Part shown: piece after piece, positions 60,711 through 64,000 of the stretch
Position numbering within the stretch: the first letter of the stretch is position 1
How the letters are laid out: each line of letters starts with the position of its first letter
Source of the DNA: Scyliorhinus canicula
Lineage: Eukaryota
Assembly: GCF_902713615.1 (NCBI RefSeq)
Contig: NC_052158.1
Span: 5,941,196 to 6,005,195 of the forward strand
DNA: 64,000 nt
Direction of reading: 5' to 3'
Translations under genes and position numbers: made by a program
The notes under the pieces: generated by a model
What the model was told of the DNA's origin: nothing
What the model saw: the letters and a program-made list of their open reading frames with translations, nothing else
Databases searched by the model: none

Positions 60711-61369
60711 CATTGCATGCCTGGCATTGATGCAGGGTAGGGATTACTGAGACATTTGCTTCATATTCTCCGTGTATCCAATCATTGAGCCATTGCAAAC
60801 ATGGCTCAGGGCATTGTTGCTGAATGAACTTTACTTGTAAGAGGCTCATGGAGCATCACAGTGTGTCATCCTGCCAGCTCATTTCACCTTTAATCCCAAG
60901 GGATTTCACGGGGATCATATCATTTATAGATATCACACCCTCCTGATGTGTTGCTATATCCTGTCTAAGTGTCCCTAATTTGCGAGTGTAATGATGAAAT
61001 ACATCACTGTGTCAAGTAATGTTTCTACATTTCCTCTTCGATCCATCTGTGCAATGCAGCCCATCTTGTATTCAAGGCTTTTCCTGTGTGAGAAAGCATG
61101 GCTATCGTCATAGCCATCACTTCCTTTCCTTTCTGCTCTGTCACACAACTTACACAACTTGCCTTCGTATCCTGCCTTCAGATCTTCCTGGCTTCATTCC
61201 CATTCTATTTCTCAGTTCTTCCCACAAACATAATTGTTTGCAACCTCAATCCTCTGTGTGGAAGGCCTTCTTCAGGGCCTGCAGGATTAGCCTAAGCTGC
61301 ATGGTTTAGATGAGAAAACATTGACTGGGGCCATTCCACCAATCCTTCCCGGTGTGTATGTCTGTATCG

Positions 61370-61720
61370 GGTCCACCTCCGATGGACAGTGTCAGCCGTG
61401 TGCACCATCGACAAGATTCACTGCAGGAACTCACCGAGGTTCCTCAGGCAGCACCTTCCAAACCCACGGCCACCACCATCTAGAAGGACAAGAGCAGCTA
61501 CCTGGGATCACCCCCACCTGGAGCTTCCCCTCCAAGTCACTCCCGATCCTGACTGGGAAATATATCGGCCGTTCCTTCAGTGTCGCCGGGTCCAAATCCT
61601 GGAGCTCCCTCCCTAACAGCACGGTGGGTGTACCTACACCTCAGGGACTGCAGCGGCTTCAAGACGGCAGCTCAGCACCACCTTGTCAAGGGGCAATTAG
61701 GGATGGGCAATAAAGTTTTG
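61370..61720 (+). mobile_element. L2/CR1-clade LINE 3' fragment
   Basis: Near-identical to 6925-7270. Confidence 0.8.
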
Positions 61721-62589
61721 ACTGGCCTAGCCAATGGACCCCACATCCTGCAAATTAATGAAAGAAAATGTTTTACGTCGGCTGTTTGGTGGAACCATGG
61801 CTGGGGTGGGGAGAGAGTTTCAATGTGTGAATCCAGGAAAGACCTGCAAAAATATACATGGCTAACAGGAAAGGCAATCAGAATAGCAGGACATATAAAC
61901 AGACCGGGTGCGGGGAGGCAAGGGATATCTAATTGTCTAACCTCAAGTACGGGATGATTTGGAGGGAGCTGCTTTGACAATTGGTGCAATATGATGTTAT
62001 ATCGATGATTCACCACAATGCAAACTCATCAGTCATTTCCCATCCATCATAACTTGGGTGTCTCCAATACATTGCTCAGCTGCGAGAGGGACATAGGTCA
62101 GAAGGAGGTCATCTGTCCTGCCACTCGATATGGTCGATTTTCAACCTCACTCCATCTGCCTGCCGTTGCTCCCATCATATCCCTCAATAGCTTTGCTTGA
62201 CAAGAACCTATCCATCTCAGACGTAAAATTAGCGAATCCCAAACATTTACCAACCATTGTGAGCAATTGTGACCCCTGTGTTGGGAGGTGTGTGGAGTTA
62301 TCGGGGGTCACATGTCACAACCGGGCCAATCGCGGATGACGGTTGTTTGACAGTTGGAGTCCGGGAGTCATGGAGTTCAGAAGCATTCTTATCTCTGCTC
62401 TGAATATAGTTGTTTCCTCCAAAATACCCCTTGTTAGTTTATCTGCCAAGTTGATGGCTTTTACTTCGTAGCTATTAAAGTTGGGGTGTAAAATTGCGTC
62501 CTAGTTTCATTCTGGAATGTTCCACCAAGTGGGAATGGTATCACAACAATCTACCATTCCTGCTCCCCTTGGTACATTGAAAGCTTCAG

Positions 62590-62930
62590 TTAGATCACCT
62601 TTTGGGAAATGGTGCATGGTGGTAATGTTACTGAACTAGAATACGGAGGCCCAGGCAATTGATCTGAGGACATGGATTCAAATCCCACCACGGGAGCTGA
62701 TGGAATTCGAAGAAAGTCAATCAATTTGGAATTCTAAAGGTGGCCACGTGCTCCTGTTGTGCAAACCCATCTGGTTCACTAATGTCCTTGAGGGAAGGAA
62801 ATCTGCCGTCCTTACCCGGCCTGGCCTACAGCAATGTGCTTAATCTCCGCATTGGCCTCGCACCCCAGTCAATTCAAGGGCTGTTGGAGATGGGAAATAA
62901 ATTTACCCTCACCAGTGACACTCACACCCC
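62590..62930 (+). mobile_element. Shark SINE-like repeat (related copy about 27400-27700)
   Basis: Shared GGTTCACTAATGTCCTT.AGGGAAGG.AATCT.CCGTCCTTACC core. Confidence 0.6.
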
Positions 62931-64000
62931 AGGAAAGAATAAAGAGACAAACAGCACGGTTCGATTCCCGTACCAGCCTCCCCGAACAGGCGCTGGAATG
63001 TGGCGACTAGGGGCTTTTCACAGTAACTTCATTGAAGCCTACTCATGACAATAAGCGATTTTCATTTCATTTCATTTCATTAGTGTCATTCAACCCTCAG
63101 AGCCCATCTCCACTGCACTCCCTTCAAGGCCAACATTTCCATCCAAATCTTTGTTATTCGGAACTGCTTGTGGTATTTTAGAGATGGTTTTCATTAGCTT
63201 TTTGCGAAATCATTGCGGACAATGCTCATACTGGGCGAGGAGATCTACGAGCGACCCTTCAGGCCCAACCTCCACTAATGTGCCTTTTCCTGCCTCCTGA
63301 CATCCTCCCAGCTCCGGGTGGACCTGCATGCGGCCTGCATGTCTGGTTAATCTGTGTGGCCCGCATGTCTACAGGAAGGGGGTGCGGGGAGATCCTCGGT
63401 CTGCACTGATCTGTGCGTAGTTGAGGGCATGGGTACAGGGCAGGCATCTGCTCGCTGCCAGCCACCCCCTTGCCCTTGCTTCCGACTCCCTTGCCCACCC
63501 CTCCTGCCCTCATCCTCTTGCCACCCCCACTCTACCTGTCCAGTTACTTACCTTTCTCCGGGGTCGTGGGAAGGGTTTAGGGGTGTGGGGGCGGGGGGTG
63601 GTTCTGTGTGGCGGGGGGGGGGGGGGGGGGGGGGGAGAATGGGGTCCCGCTGTTGCAACAGCAGCTACAACCTCCTCTGTGGTGCTGTCGATCACAAGGG
63701 CTTCTGATTGGCTGGCCGCTCTAGTTGGGCAGGACTTGTGCCTCAGGGAGCTTGATTCTGGAGCCCCCCCCCAACACCGACCACCCCGCTGGTGTACCAC
63801 TGATGGTTGGCATGAGATTGGGCGGGTTTCTCACCAGCTCTTCCAGCTGGCAGAGACCATCGCTGCCAACAGGGGATTTCCCTCCAGTTACCCAGAGTGA
63901 GACACGAACCCACAACCTTCTGACCAGCAGCTGACACCAGTTTCACAACTTCCCATTTGACAGCCAGTTTTGGTCTGACTCCTGGGAATTTTAGCACTCT

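Noticed and set aside
1931-63080. tRNA genes suggested by A/B-box motifs
   Set aside because: The motifs are heads of multi-copy SINEs followed by SINE core and tail; no cloverleaf or anticodon arm could be supported.

Overview
Vertebrate genomic DNA, almost certainly cartilaginous fish (inferred from HE1-like tRNA-SINEs, CR1/L2, Penelope and Harbinger repeats), and very repeat-rich. The main feature is a + strand, spliced, non-rearranging immunoglobulin heavy-chain-like gene. It has a single exon encoding a complete V domain already fused to a J-like G strand (2454-2831, no RSS seen). Three C1-set constant exons follow (6308-6625, 13666-13986, 26988-27306/27310), all joined by canonical phase-1 GT-AG introns into one open frame. 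I found no leader exon and no transmembrane exon; a candidate 3' exon with a polyA signal lies at 29121-29453. This architecture best fits the described elasmobranch MHC-linked UrIg gene or a germline-joined Ig relative; I cannot confirm orthology from sequence alone. An exact 129-bp copy of the CDR3/J/splice-donor module lies 887 bp downstream of the V exon. The introns are expanded by G-rich, 38-bp, 63-bp and 18-bp tandem arrays and contain a 500-N gap. The right half holds a decayed two-gene Harbinger transposon, CR1/L1/Rex/Penelope remnants, a weakly supported minus-strand spliced gene, two promoter-like islands (ZNF143 motifs at 53.6 kb; NRF1 tandem plus ATG and splice donor at 55.7-55.9 kb) and three long inverted repeats (57.6, 59.3, 60.4 kb). 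Nearly all long ORFs in the supplied track are artefacts of tandem repeats. Interspersed-repeat boundaries are approximate.
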